Below, piece by piece: positions 17,926 through 28,504 of a stretch of DNA of 64,000 bases (positions within the stretch are counted from its first letter, which is position 1; every line of letters starts with the position of its first letter). The position numbers and the translations under genes are program-made. The stretch is taken from assembly GCA_046331705.1 (NCBI GenBank), contig JAXLQJ010000004.1:124001-188000 (forward strand). The letters are read 5' to 3'. Source of the DNA: a bacterium (GTDB lineage Bacteria; JADJOY01). The notes beneath the pieces were generated by a model. The model saw only the letters and a list, made by a program, of their open reading frames with translations. It was not told the origin of the DNA and ran no database searches.

Positions 17926-19173
17926 TCAGTCGGACGCGAAGCCGATCGAGAGGCCGACCTTGAGCTCCTCGGGCAACGAGTAGGCGTTGATGTCGCTCGA
18001 GCCGAACGAGAACTGGCCGCCGAGATCGATTCGGAGCGGGCCGAGGATCGTGCCGACGCCCGCGGAGAGCTCGGGACCGAGGTCGCTCTCGGCGAAGTTG
18101 TCGAGGATGCCGAGGCGCAGCGCGAGCACGTCGAGCGGCAGCCACTCGACACCCGCCGAGATGCACTGCACGTCGTAGCCGCGCTTCAAGAGATCGTCGA
18201 GGAGCGCGCCGTGGCGCAGCAGGTCGAGGTCCACGGCGAGCGTCACGTTCGGTGCCGGGTGGAGCGCGAACCCGAGACGCACGTCCGGCTCGAGCGCCAG
18301 GCTGCCGCCGAGCTTCGCCACGGGCCCCTCCGGCCCCAGATCGAAGCTCGGCCGCGTGAGGTTCCGCCCCAGGAGCCCCACCTGCCACCACGCATCGTGG
18401 ACCAGCACGCCGACGTCGAGGCCGAAGGCGCTCGAACCCTGGAAATGATCGAAGACCGAGCCGAAATAATCGTTCGGATCGACCTGGTTGATCGCCGTGC
18501 GCTCGACCAACGTCTGGCCGTAGAGGTACTTGGCGGCCGCACCCACCGACAGCCAATCGGTCGGCGCGTAGCCGTACGCGATCGGCACCTCGTGGAGGAT
18601 CAAGCCCTCGTACACCAGCTCCACCGGCAGGTTCGCGGGATCGATCGTGGCGGGATCGATCTGCTCGACCGGCAACGTCGGCCGCGGGATGCCGGAGATC
18701 TCGGCGTCCACTCGGTAGCCGAACGCGAGCGCACCGAAGCGCGCCTGAACGCTCGCGTTGCCGAGCGCGGCGGCTGCCCACTTCTCGCGGACCAGCCCAT
18801 CGACGAGCCGAAGCGCCTGCTCGTACGTGGGCAAGCTCCCCGAGCTGCCGATCGACACCAGCTCCTCGACGGCGCGCCCCACGTCGTTGAACGCCTGCTC
18901 GCCGCCAAGCGCCGCGAGCCCGACCGAGAACGGCGCGGGCCTCCGCGACGACGACGCGCCGACCTCGGCACCCGTTCCGTCGCCGCCCAGCACGCCGAGC
19001 ACGCCGGGATTCCAGAACAGCGCGCTCTCGTCGGCAACGGCGGCGACCGACGCGCCGCCCATGCCCACCGCGCGGGCGCCGACCAGCGGCAGCTCCTGCG
19101 CCGCTGCACCACCGGGCAGCGCGCTCAGCGCCGCCGCCACGACCCACCTCAACGCGATCCGACTTCGATTCAC
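17926..19173 (-). CDS. Outer-membrane beta-barrel, TraF_2/PorV/FadL-like
   Basis: Signal peptide, GARAVGMGGASVA..ALFWNP N-terminal motif, amphipathic strands. Confidence 0.7.
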   Translation of the reverse strand: MNRSRIALRWVVAAALSALPGGAAAQELPLVGARAVGMGGASVAAVADESALFWNPGVLGVLGGDGTGAEVGASSSRRPAPFSVGLAALGGEQAFNDVGRAVEELVSIGSSGSLPTYEQALRLVDGLVREKWAAAALGNASVQARFGALAFGYRVDAEISGIPRPTLPVEQIDPATIDPANLPVELVYEGLILHEVPIAYGYAPTDWLSVGAAAKYLYGQTLVERTAINQVDPNDYFGSVFDHFQGSSAFGLDVGVLVHDAWWQVGLLGRNLTRPSFDLGPEGPVAKLGGSLALEPDVRLGFALHPAPNVTLAVDLDLLRHGALLDDLLKRGYDVQCISAGVEWLPLDVLALRLGILDNFAESDLGPELSAGVGTILGPLRIDLGGQFSFGSSDINAYSLPEELKVGLSIGFASD

Positions 19174-19264
19174 GAGTTCCTCCGGAAGCGTCGCCGACGC
19201 AGGTTCCGCGCGCCTCGCGCGAAGTCGATCGCGAAGCCCCGTGGGGCGGTGCGCCGCGAACCGG

Positions 19265-20332
19265 TCAGCCGTGCTTGCCGAGCGCGTCGCGGCCCAGCAC
19301 CACCACGCGATTGCGTCCCACCTTGGCCTGGTACATCGCGGTGTCGGCGAGGCCCAGCAACACGTCTCGATCGTCGCCCGAATCGCGGCTCGAGGCGCAA
19401 CCGATCGACGAGGTGAGGAACGCGAGATCGTAGCCCTCGTCCTTCAGGAACTCGGCGGCCTCGATCTTGCGCCGGATCTTCTCGGCGATCGCGACACCCT
19501 CGTCCACGGTGCAGCCCGGGATCACCAGGATGAACTCGTCACCGCCGTAGCGGGCGATGAAGTCGTGCTGGCGCGTGTTCTCGCGCAACAGCCGCGCCAC
19601 CGCGATCAGCGTGCGCGAGCCGACCTGGTGCCCGTAGCGATCGTTCACCTGCTTGAAGTGGTCGAGATCGATGAAGAGCACGCAGAACTCGTCGCCCGTG
19701 ACGCGCGAGGCGTTGAGCTCCTTGGCGAGCTGCTCGTGGAGCGAGCGACTGTTGTAGAGACCCGTGAGCGGATCGCGCGCCGCCGCCGAGGCGTGCGAGA
19801 TCGACTGCGTGATGAGCTGCGCCAGCACGTTCAGGAGCTCAAGGTCGCGCTCGGTGTAGGCCGCGTCGCCACCCCGCTCGCCGAGGCGATTGAGGAGCTG
19901 GATGACGCCGAAGCGCCGGTCGCCGACCTCGAGGGGAGTGCACAGCACCGAGCGCGTCGTGAACTTGGCTTCGGTCTCGATGCGCCGGTAGAAGCGCGCG
20001 TCCGCCTGCACGTCGTTCGCGAGCAGCGGCCCGTTCTCGAACGAGTAACCCGCGAAGCCGCGGCTGCGCGGCACGGCCTTGGACTCGACCGACGGCGCCG
20101 AGGCGCCGTAGCTCACCGCGATCACCAGCTCGTCGCGACGTGGGCGAAACAGATAGACGGATCCGGCCTCGGACGGAACCAGCCGATTGGCCTTCGCGAG
20201 CGCGTCCTGCAGCGACGCCTTGAGATCGGGAACGGCGTTCGGGAACGGTATCTCTTCCTCGATGTTCTGGAAGAGCTCGGCGAGCTCCGGATCCGTTCCT
20301 CCGCGGCTCACGGGACGATCGGCAGCGCTCAT
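19265..20332 (-). CDS. GAF-sensor diguanylate cyclase
   Basis: GAF domain; RDPLTGLYN, DLDHFKQVNDRYGH, RQHD I-site, RYGGDEF. Confidence 0.92.
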   Translation of the reverse strand: MSAADRPVSRGGTDPELAELFQNIEEEIPFPNAVPDLKASLQDALAKANRLVPSEAGSVYLFRPRRDELVIAVSYGASAPSVESKAVPRSRGFAGYSFENGPLLANDVQADARFYRRIETEAKFTTRSVLCTPLEVGDRRFGVIQLLNRLGERGGDAAYTERDLELLNVLAQLITQSISHASAAARDPLTGLYNSRSLHEQLAKELNASRVTGDEFCVLFIDLDHFKQVNDRYGHQVGSRTLIAVARLLRENTRQHDFIARYGGDEFILVIPGCTVDEGVAIAEKIRRKIEAAEFLKDEGYDLAFLTSSIGCASSRDSGDDRDVLLGLADTAMYQAKVGRNRVVVLGRDALGKHG

Positions 20333-20357
20333 CGGGACGGATCCCCCGGCGTTGCGG

Positions 20358-20798
20358 TCAGAGATCCCAGCCTCCGTCCGGAAAATCGAGCATCCACTGA
20401 CCGTCCTTCACCACCCACGTCTGCTCGATGAGGCGCGTGCTGTACACGTTCGACGGCAGCCGGGTGTAGCTGATCCGCACCTGGGCTCGGCCCTCGGTGC
20501 GCAGCCCGGCCTTGGCGTCGGACTCGTCGATGCTCACGTCCTCCACCGAGAAATCGCTGATGTCGAGCGTGGTCTCGATGGACTGCGTGAACTTGAGGAA
20601 GGCGCGCTCGCGGCCTGGCGCGACGAAGAGCTTCGCCTTCGCGAACTGCTTCCAGCGCATGAACTTCGTGAACGCCTCCACCGATCGGCCGAGCTCTTCC
20701 GGACCGGGGTCGGTCCAGTGGCTCAAGGTGGAGCAGCCCGGCGCGGCGAGCGTGACGGACAGAGCGAGGAACGAGAGCAGCAGAGTGCGGCGCAGCAC
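20358..20798 (-). CDS. Putative lipoprotein
   Basis: GTG start with GGAGGT RBS; signal peptide LRRTLLLSFLALSVTLAAPG-C. Confidence 0.7.
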   Translation of the reverse strand: MLRRTLLLSFLALSVTLAAPGCSTLSHWTDPGPEELGRSVEAFTKFMRWKQFAKAKLFVAPGRERAFLKFTQSIETTLDISDFSVEDVSIDESDAKAGLRTEGRAQVRISYTRLPSNVYSTRLIEQTWVVKDGQWMLDFPDGGWDL

Positions 20799-20857
20799 GT
20801 TGGCGACCTCCGGCGCACGTCTTACCCCGCGCGCCCGACCCCTGCAACCGAACGCGG

Positions 20858-22606
20858 TCAGAACACGATGGCGAGCTGCGGCCTCAGCATGAAGATGTTC
20901 GACGCCGTGGGGCCGAACGCGTCGCCCGACAGCAGGTAGCCCGCCTTCAGCTCGGCGCGCAGGTTCTCGCCGAACTTGCGATCGAGCCCGAAGTCGATCT
21001 CGACGCCCAGGTCCTTCTTCCGGCCATCCGAGACCACCGTGACCGGCGTGTTGGGATCGCCGTCGTCGGCGCCCTCGATGTGGTAGGTCTCGACGCCGCG
21101 GTTGAGCTGGCCCCAGATCACCGCGGCCCACAGCCGCGTCGAGTCGTCGAGGTTCCACTCGCCCGTGCCCTTCACGTACGTCGTGTTGTGGACGTCGGGC
21201 AGCAGGTTCACCGGCTCGATCGGTCCGGCTTCCTCGTACAGGATCACCGCCACGTCGTACTCGGTGTCGAAGGGATAGCTGCCCGCCTTGGTGCCGGTGA
21301 TCGCCGCGCCCAGCGCGTCGTCCACCTGCGCCTCGAGCGCGGCCTTCGCCTCGGGGCCCTTGGCGTTCACCGGGCCGACGAAGTCGATGAGGACGTTGTT
21401 GTCGTCCCCGCCGCTCGAGTAGCCCCACTCACCGGTGAGCCGGAAGGGGCCGTTCTCCACACCGCCACGCACCACACCGCCGCCCAACCAGACTTCGAGC
21501 GACTCGTTGCGCGCCACGTCGAAACCCGCCGACGCGCCGTCGGCGGCGATGGTCTGCGCCACCTTGGGCGACAGGCCGTTTTCCTCGAGACCCTGGGCCA
21601 CCAGCGTCGCGAGCAGTCCGATGTCGGTGCCGTTCTGGGCGATCGTCGCGCCCAGCGAGCCGAGCTCGCCCACCAACCCCTCGGTGATCGAATCGACGAA
21701 GTCCTGGCGCTTGTTCTTGCCGACCAGACCGCTGCGCTTGCTGGAGCCGAACGCGATCACGCCTTCGCCCTCGACGAAGATCCACGTCTGGTCGCCGATC
21801 GAGCGCTTCAGGTGGAAATAGCCCTCCTGAAGCCCCACGGTCGCCGACGAGCCGGACTTCGTCACCAGCACGCTGTAGCTGCCGAGCTCGGTGTTGCCGG
21901 TGACGCGCGGCGAGATCGAGCCGTCGGTGTAGAGGTTGGCGAGGATGAAGTCGTTGACGTCGTCGCCCTGATCGAAGACGTCGAGCTCGATGGTGCGGTC
22001 GTACGCGAGCGCCACGATGTAGTGCTCGTCGTGCCAGCCGAGCGGCACGCCGAGGTCGGTCAGGAAGAGCGCGCGGTCGACGGTGTCGCCGGTCTCCGGA
22101 CCGTTTCCGTCCGGGCCCCACTCGAGCGTGCCGCCGCCGTTGGCGAGGATGCCGAGGCCGAAGCTCGACGGTTGGCGCCCGATGCGCAGCAGCCCGACGG
22201 GAGTGCGGATCTCGCCGTAGAGATGGTTGATCTCGACGTCGTTGACCGGCTCCAGCGTGCGATCGAAGTTCGAGGTGCCTTTGGCCAAGCCGGTGAGGAT
22301 CGACGGCTCGTTGTCGTTGTTGCCCCAGATCACGTCGTCGAGGATGTCGACGCGCGCCTTGATCTTGATCTCGTCCGTGACCGAAAGCGTCGGATAGAGA
22401 GCGAAGCGGTAGTCGAGGAACTCGGTGTTCAGGTTGTTGCCGGTCGCCGGGTTGAGGGGCGATCCGTCGGCGAAGAAGTACCGGGCCCGCCACCACCCGT
22501 TGGTGTCGAAGTCGAGCGCGTGCGCCGCGGGCGCGACGCCGAGACCTCCAACCAGTGCGACGAGTCCCGTCCACACCAGCCATGCCCGACCGCCCGAGCG
22601 CGTCAT
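20858..22606 (-). CDS. Outer-membrane beta-barrel / porin-like protein
   Basis: Signal peptide ending AHA, G.LRIGRQPSSFGLGILANGG motif, LGVEIDF, C-terminal Phe. Confidence 0.7.
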   Translation of the reverse strand: MTRSGGRAWLVWTGLVALVGGLGVAPAAHALDFDTNGWWRARYFFADGSPLNPATGNNLNTEFLDYRFALYPTLSVTDEIKIKARVDILDDVIWGNNDNEPSILTGLAKGTSNFDRTLEPVNDVEINHLYGEIRTPVGLLRIGRQPSSFGLGILANGGGTLEWGPDGNGPETGDTVDRALFLTDLGVPLGWHDEHYIVALAYDRTIELDVFDQGDDVNDFILANLYTDGSISPRVTGNTELGSYSVLVTKSGSSATVGLQEGYFHLKRSIGDQTWIFVEGEGVIAFGSSKRSGLVGKNKRQDFVDSITEGLVGELGSLGATIAQNGTDIGLLATLVAQGLEENGLSPKVAQTIAADGASAGFDVARNESLEVWLGGGVVRGGVENGPFRLTGEWGYSSGGDDNNVLIDFVGPVNAKGPEAKAALEAQVDDALGAAITGTKAGSYPFDTEYDVAVILYEEAGPIEPVNLLPDVHNTTYVKGTGEWNLDDSTRLWAAVIWGQLNRGVETYHIEGADDGDPNTPVTVVSDGRKKDLGVEIDFGLDRKFGENLRAELKAGYLLSGDAFGPTASNIFMLRPQLAIVF

Positions 22607-22654
22607 CTCGCCTCCCCGTGACCTCGACAGCGCAGCACCGCGAAACGCGGCCTC

Positions 22655-22684
22655 ACAGTAGACGAGCGTCGAGCGTCGCGTCAA
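22655..22684 (-). promoter_or_regulatory. sigma70-type promoter for the porin cluster
   Basis: TTGACG-N18-TACTGT about 50 bp upstream of start. Confidence 0.5.
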
Positions 22685-22844
22685 CGCAGAATCGTTGAGA
22701 AAACAGCCTCGATCGCGATCCGCCGGCGGGGTCACGACGAGCTGCGCCGGGGCCGCCGGCCGAGGAAGTTGTGGCGTCGCGCGAGGCGACTTTGTTACAG
22801 TCGAGCCACGCTCACATCACGCCGAGATGGCGTAGGAGTTCCAC

Positions 22845-24221
22845 ATGCGGCTCGTTTCCCGGCTCGCCATCACCCTGCGCTCGTCCCGCGCGTGGGTCCT
22901 CTCCGCCCTCGTGGCGCTCGTCGGCTCGGCGATCGCCGCCGACCGCGCCCAGGCGCTCAGCCAAGTCGGCCCCTGGATCGATGCGGTCTCGCCCACCGGC
23001 GCCACGATCTCGTTCACGGCCAACGCCACCAGCGCCACCGTCGATTACGGCCACACCACCAGCTACGAGCTCGGCTCCCAGAGCGGAAGCCCGGTGAGCG
23101 TCCAGAACCCGCTCAACCAGTTCACCAACGCGTTCGGCAACAAGTTCGAGATCCCGCTCAGCGGGCTCGCGGCCGCTTCGCACTACGAATACCGCGTGCG
23201 GATCGGCGCGAGCACGTTCGGCTCGGGCAGCTTCGACACCGCCAAGGTCGGCCCCTCGAGCTTCACGTTCGTGGCGCTCGGCGACACCCGCGAGGGTGCC
23301 AACATCGACCACCAGCGCGTCCGCGATTGCGTGATCAGCGACAGCTCGTCCTACGGCCCGTACAGCTTCCTGCTCAACACCGGTGACCTCCAGAACTCCA
23401 ACAACGCGACCACCTGGCAGAACTTCTTCGAGATCGAGTCCGTGAACGCGACCAGCCCGGTCGGCAAGGGCGCCATCTACCTGAACGTCATCCCGTTCTT
23501 CCCGGCCCGCGGCAATCACGACTTCACGCAGATTTGGTACAACAACTTCTTCGCCCCGCCGACCTTCAACTCCGGGAACGAGGACTACTACTCGTTCGAT
23601 TACGGCTCGATGCACGTGGTCTCGCTCAACGCGAACGTGGCCGCCGGCGCGACCGATCCCCAGACCCAGTTCCTCGAAGCCGACCTCTTGGCCCAGAAGA
23701 ACGCGGGCTACCCCGGCCCCATCGTGGTGTTCTTCCACCAGGCGGGCGTGTCCAGCGCCAACCACGGCAACACCTCGTCGGTGAAGAACAACTGGTTCCC
23801 GATCTTCCAGGAATACGGTGTCGACCTGGTGTTCCAGGGCCACGATCACGTCTACGAGCGCTTCGCGACCATCAACGGCGTCAACTACGTCACGACCGGC
23901 GGCGCGGGCGCGGACCTCTACGACATCACCCCCTCGCCCTGGACCGTCGTGGGCCTCAAGACCCACAACTACACGCTGGTGGACGTGAACGGCCAGAACC
24001 TGACGGTGACCGCGAAGAACGACTCGTGCTCGGTGATCGACTCGTTCACGGTGAACGCCGCGTCCAACAACGGCGTCTACCACCGCACCGATCCCTTCCC
24101 CGCCGACGCGGGTAGCGGCAGCGGCTGCAACGTCGCGGGCGGATCGGCGGCGGGCTCGCTCGATTTCGTCTGGGCGTTGGCGCCGCTCGCGCTGCTCGTG
24201 CGGCGCCGCTCGCGATCCTGA
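22845..24221 (+). CDS. Secreted purple acid phosphatase-like metallophosphoesterase with MYXO-CTERM-like tail
   Basis: Signal peptide, FN3-like N-terminus, GD, TGDL, GNHD, FFH, GHDH motifs; C-terminus GSGC..hydrophobic..RRRSRS. Confidence 0.85.
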   Translation: MRLVSRLAITLRSSRAWVLSALVALVGSAIAADRAQALSQVGPWIDAVSPTGATISFTANATSATVDYGHTTSYELGSQSGSPVSVQNPLNQFTNAFGNKFEIPLSGLAAASHYEYRVRIGASTFGSGSFDTAKVGPSSFTFVALGDTREGANIDHQRVRDCVISDSSSYGPYSFLLNTGDLQNSNNATTWQNFFEIESVNATSPVGKGAIYLNVIPFFPARGNHDFTQIWYNNFFAPPTFNSGNEDYYSFDYGSMHVVSLNANVAAGATDPQTQFLEADLLAQKNAGYPGPIVVFFHQAGVSSANHGNTSSVKNNWFPIFQEYGVDLVFQGHDHVYERFATINGVNYVTTGGAGADLYDITPSPWTVVGLKTHNYTLVDVNGQNLTVTAKNDSCSVIDSFTVNAASNNGVYHRTDPFPADAGSGSGCNVAGGSAAGSLDFVWALAPLALLVRRRSRS

Positions 24222-24244
24222 GCGTTCGGCCCGCGCGCCGGCGC

Positions 24245-25351
24245 GTGGCCGTCGCGCTGCTCGTCGCGATCTGGACGTGCAGCGCGACGCTCGCGCGCGC
24301 CGACGGACCGTCGTGCCCGGAAGGTGTCGAGGCGGATGCCGCGGCGCGCTTCGACGAGGCGGCGAACGGCTATCTCGCTTGCGCCGCGCGTGCCACGAGC
24401 CCAGGTGAGACCGCCTGGGCGCTGAGCCGCGCCGCGCGGGTGCTCGCCACCAAGCTCTTTCGGTTCGACGAGGCGCTCGCGCTGCTCACCCGCCTCGAAC
24501 GCGAGTTCCCCACCGATCCGCGCGCGATCGCCGCGCAAGGGCTCGCCGCCGAGCTTCGCGACGGACGCCGCGGCGGCGACGAGCCGCTCAGGCTCTACTA
24601 TTCGTTGCGCGAGCGGCCCGACCTGGTGCCCGCCGCGAGCCGGATCGCGACCCTTCGGCGCTTGACCAACGAGTACCCGGACTTCTTCGCCAGCGACTGG
24701 GTGCTGCGCACGCTCGCCGTCGAGCTGCGCGGCGGCGGCGACGTCGCGGGCGCGCTCGCGGTGCTCGCGACGATGCGCGAGCGATTCGCGGGCACTCCCT
24801 CGGCGGCCATCGCGGCGCTCGAGACAGCCGCGACCTACTTCGCTGCCGGCCGCTTCACCGAGGCCGCAGCGTGGTATCGGCGCCTGCCGGAGTTCGGCGG
24901 CTCGCAGACGCTCGGCGAGCAGAACGCGCGGCGCGCGCTCGCGCACCGCGCTCGACAGCGCGTCGCATGGCTGGCGGGCGCCATCCTGGCGAGCTTCGCG
25001 GCCTGGTTCGCGTTCGCGACCCGCTGGCAACGCCTCGATCGCGCCACGGCGCGTGACGCGCTTCGCGAGGCGTTCGCGATGGCGCCCGCATGGCTGTTGC
25101 TGGTGGTCGTGTCGTTCCGAACCAACCCGGGAATCCACCGTCCGATCTGGTGGATCGCGGGCTCCACCACGCTGCTGCTCACGCTCTCGAACCTCGCGTT
25201 GCTGACGCGGCGCCCGCGCCGCGGCGCCCGCTGGCTGCACGCGGTCTTGACCGTGTGCAGCGCGATCGCCATCGTTTACGTCTCCCTCTACGCCTACGAC
25301 CTCGTGTTCACCCTCGAAGAGACGCTCGGCATCGGATCGGCTGCGGGATGA
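24245..25351 (+). CDS. TPR-containing protein with C-terminal transmembrane helices
   Basis: Signal peptide, TPR-like helical repeats, about 4 C-terminal TM segments. Confidence 0.6.
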   Translation: MAVALLVAIWTCSATLARADGPSCPEGVEADAAARFDEAANGYLACAARATSPGETAWALSRAARVLATKLFRFDEALALLTRLEREFPTDPRAIAAQGLAAELRDGRRGGDEPLRLYYSLRERPDLVPAASRIATLRRLTNEYPDFFASDWVLRTLAVELRGGGDVAGALAVLATMRERFAGTPSAAIAALETAATYFAAGRFTEAAAWYRRLPEFGGSQTLGEQNARRALAHRARQRVAWLAGAILASFAAWFAFATRWQRLDRATARDALREAFAMAPAWLLLVVVSFRTNPGIHRPIWWIAGSTTLLLTLSNLALLTRRPRRGARWLHAVLTVCSAIAIVYVSLYAYDLVFTLEETLGIGSAAG

Positions 25352-26772
25352 GCGCCGCGCCCGGATCGAGCCGCCTGCTTCGGAACACGGTGCTGCTCTT
25401 CGGCACCCGCGTCGCGATCCTGCTCTTGGCGTTCGTGCTGAACGTCGCGATCGCGCGCGCGCTCAAGCCCGAGGGCCTCGGCAGCTACGGGCTGATGGTC
25501 GTGCTCGCCTACGTGTTCCAGACGTCCTCCGCCTTGGGGCTGACCTACGTGCTCCCGCGCGAGCTCGGCAGGCGCCCGCACGAGGCCAAGCTGGTGTTCG
25601 ACGCGGCGCTCGCGATCGCGCTGCCGGCGGCGGCGGTGTTCGCGGCGCTCCTCGCCTCGACCTCGCGAGCGCTCGGCTACGACGCGGAGCTCGTCCGGGC
25701 GCTCGATCTGGTGGGTCTCTCGCTGCTGCCGGGGGCGCTCTCGCAGCTCGGCGAGGGGCTCTTCGTGGCGCGCGGCGAGGGCGAGGCGTGCGTGGTGGTC
25801 ACGACCCTCGAGAACGTGTTCCGCTGTGTCGTGAGCCTGATCGCGCTGGGCTTCGGCGGCGGGCTGGTGGCGCTGGCGTGGACGTACCTGCTGTCGCGCG
25901 TGCTCGGGTTCGCGACCACGATCTGGCTGATGCGCGGGCGGTTACCGCGGGTCGACGAGCGCGCGCTGCCCGCGGCGATCGCGGCGCTGGCGCGCGGGCT
26001 GCCGACCTTCGCCGCGCTCTACGTGCTGGTGGCACTCTTCTTCAAGGGCGACATGATCCTGCTCTCGATCCTTCGACCGCGCGAGGAGGTCGGGATCTAC
26101 ACCGCCGGTTATCGGCTCTTCGACGTCGCGTGCCTCGTCCCGTCCACCGCGGCGTCGGTGGTCTACCCGGTGCTGTCACGGATGCGCCATGTGCAGGCCG
26201 GCAGCGAGGCGCGCCTCACCAACGACTCGCTGGGAGCGCTCTTGGTCGCGGTGCTGCCGATCGTGCTCGTCATGAGCTTCGGTGCACCGGGAATCGTCTC
26301 GATCCTCTACGGCGCGCCCTTCGCGGCCACGGTGCCGGTGCTCGCCATCCTGTCGTGGGCGCTCGTGCCGTACGCGGCGGACACGCTGCTCGGGCACGCG
26401 ATGCTCGCTGCCGACCGGCAGCGCGACGACGTGAAATTGGTGGGCGCGGGCGTGCTGGCGAACATCGCGGTGAATCTGGTGCTGATCCCGCTCTGGGGCC
26501 CGACCGGCGCCGCGATCGCGTCGGTGATCTCGGGTGCGGTGCTGGCTGGTCTTCACGTCCGCTACGTCGCGCGACGTCTCTATCCGGTGCGAACCCATCC
26601 CGACGCGTTTCGGGCGTTGCCAGCAGCGCTCGCGAGCGCGCTCTTCCTGTGGTGGGCGCGCGCTCACCACCCCGTCTGGACGCTACCGACGGCGGTGCTG
26701 CTCTTTCTCGCCGGCGCGCGGCTCGCGGGCGCCATCCGCCCGGGATTCGTGCGCACCCTGCTCGCTCGCTGA
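25348..26772 (+). CDS. Wzx-like oligosaccharide flippase (MOP family)
   Basis: RNT..IARAL..GLGSY, D.ILLS..EVGIYTAGYRL, NLVLIPLWGPTGAAIA; multiple TMs. Confidence 0.88.
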   Translation: MSAAPGSSRLLRNTVLLFGTRVAILLLAFVLNVAIARALKPEGLGSYGLMVVLAYVFQTSSALGLTYVLPRELGRRPHEAKLVFDAALAIALPAAAVFAALLASTSRALGYDAELVRALDLVGLSLLPGALSQLGEGLFVARGEGEACVVVTTLENVFRCVVSLIALGFGGGLVALAWTYLLSRVLGFATTIWLMRGRLPRVDERALPAAIAALARGLPTFAALYVLVALFFKGDMILLSILRPREEVGIYTAGYRLFDVACLVPSTAASVVYPVLSRMRHVQAGSEARLTNDSLGALLVAVLPIVLVMSFGAPGIVSILYGAPFAATVPVLAILSWALVPYAADTLLGHAMLAADRQRDDVKLVGAGVLANIAVNLVLIPLWGPTGAAIASVISGAVLAGLHVRYVARRLYPVRTHPDAFRALPAALASALFLWWARAHHPVWTLPTAVLLFLAGARLAGAIRPGFVRTLLAR

Positions 26773-26871
26773 GCGACGCCGGCGGCGACGCGGGCGCACG
26801 CGAGGCGCTCCGAGCCGAGCGCGCGCGGCGCGGAGTGCTTCCGTATACTGAGGAACGTCGCGGGAGATGCC

Positions 26872-28464
26872 GTGCAGCACTCGAGCCGATCGAATCATCG
26901 CGCGCTTCGTCGCCTCGCCCCGCTGGTGTGGCTCGCCCTCGCCGTGCCGCTGAGCGGCGCGGTCCAGTGCACGTACCGCGGCCTGCCGAATCCCGCTCAG
27001 CCGTTCGACACCTACCTGGATCGGCTCGCGGCCTTCCTCGAATCCGACGTCGGAACGGGCACGATCCTCGAAGAGAACGGTCAGCCGATCCCACCTTATT
27101 TCTATTCGTTCGCGATCTGCGACGAGACGATTCTCCCCTATTGCAGCGGCGCGGATCAGCTCTTCGTCGCTTCGTATCCAGCGTTCACGGGCGCGATGGC
27201 GATCCGCGCGTTCCTCGCCTACTACGCGTACGCCGGTGACGCGGGGGCGCGCGACCGCGCGATCCAGTTCGCCGACTGGGTGCTCGCTCACCGCACCCCG
27301 AGCGGAGACGTCTACGGCGACTTCCCGTACTCCACCACCGCCAACGGCGTCTTCGGCGCGCTCGATCCCGACGTCTTCCCCGACGGCCCCTCGATCGAGC
27401 TCGACAAGGCGGCGATGTTCGCCGACGCACTGCTCACGCTCTACGAGTCCACGGACACCACGAGCTATCGGAGCGCCGCCACCACCATCGCCGCGACGCT
27501 CGCCCAGCACCAGCGCGGCGACGGTTCTCTCCCATTCAAGGTGATTCCCTCGACCGGCGCGGTCTACGTCGACTACACGAGCAACCAGATCGCCTTCTAC
27601 CGGCTGTTCCGGCACCTCGCGGCGCTGGACGGCGACGCCGGTTACGACGCCGCCGCGGACGCGAGCTGGCAATGGATCCTCACGCACCCGGTGGTCACCA
27701 ACGACTGGCACGGCTTCTACGAGGACGTCGACGATCCGGCGAGCAAGATCAACTTCGACGCCCTCGAGGTGGTACGCGAGCTGGTGGCGCGCGCCGGCGA
27801 GGACGCGAGCTACCTCACTCTCGCCGACCACGTCTTCGACTGGATCGAGACCACGTTCCTGATCACCTCGGGGGCCTACGTTCCACTCATCCCGTCGATC
27901 GGCGAGCAGACCGGCTTCGTCCTCGACGGCCAGCAAGCGGGCACGTGCTCGTCGACGATCCAGTGGGCCTTGGCCGGCTTCGATCTCGGCACGGCCACCG
28001 ACGATGCCTTCCGCATCCGCCACGCGGCGGAAGCCGCCAACGTCGTGAACTCGGCCCAGCAGAGCGACGGCCGCTCGTTCACCGTGATCCGCGACGCCAA
28101 CGGCGGCGCTCGTGTGTATCCGATCTCCTGGTACGAGCAGGAGTTCATCCCGCTCGAGATGACGCTCGGATGGCTCGCACGGCGGCCGGATCTGGCACCC
28201 ACCGACGAGAACCACCTGCTCGCGTCGGCGAGCGCCGTCACCGGCATCGGGTACGCGCCACACGCAGTGACGTACTCCACGCGCGCGGCCGGCACCGACC
28301 TGCTCAAGCTGGTGGCCGAGCCGACCGCGATCACGTCGAACGGATTGAACGTGCCGGAAGTGGCCGACCTGGGCGCCGTGAACGAAGGCTACGTGTGGGA
28401 TACGTCCGCCCAGTTGCTCACGCTGAAACACGCGGGCACGAGCCAAGTGCTCACGTTGCCGTAG
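26872..28464 (+). CDS. Secreted (alpha/alpha)-barrel, glycoside hydrolase-like protein
   Basis: Signal peptide; repeats such as ALLTLYESTDTTSYRSAA..LAQHQRGDG resemble six-hairpin glycosidases. Confidence 0.5.
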   Translation: MQHSSRSNHRALRRLAPLVWLALAVPLSGAVQCTYRGLPNPAQPFDTYLDRLAAFLESDVGTGTILEENGQPIPPYFYSFAICDETILPYCSGADQLFVASYPAFTGAMAIRAFLAYYAYAGDAGARDRAIQFADWVLAHRTPSGDVYGDFPYSTTANGVFGALDPDVFPDGPSIELDKAAMFADALLTLYESTDTTSYRSAATTIAATLAQHQRGDGSLPFKVIPSTGAVYVDYTSNQIAFYRLFRHLAALDGDAGYDAAADASWQWILTHPVVTNDWHGFYEDVDDPASKINFDALEVVRELVARAGEDASYLTLADHVFDWIETTFLITSGAYVPLIPSIGEQTGFVLDGQQAGTCSSTIQWALAGFDLGTATDDAFRIRHAAEAANVVNSAQQSDGRSFTVIRDANGGARVYPISWYEQEFIPLEMTLGWLARRPDLAPTDENHLLASASAVTGIGYAPHAVTYSTRAAGTDLLKLVAEPTAITSNGLNVPEVADLGAVNEGYVWDTSAQLLTLKHAGTSQVLTLP

Positions 28465-28504
28465 CCCGGCTGCCCCGCGCCGGAGCCTACGCAGGAGGAG
28501 ACCC

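Noticed and set aside
17926-19173. Conjugative element suggested by the TraF-like barrel
   Set aside because: No relaxase, T4SS or integrase genes nearby; this barrel family is commonly chromosomal
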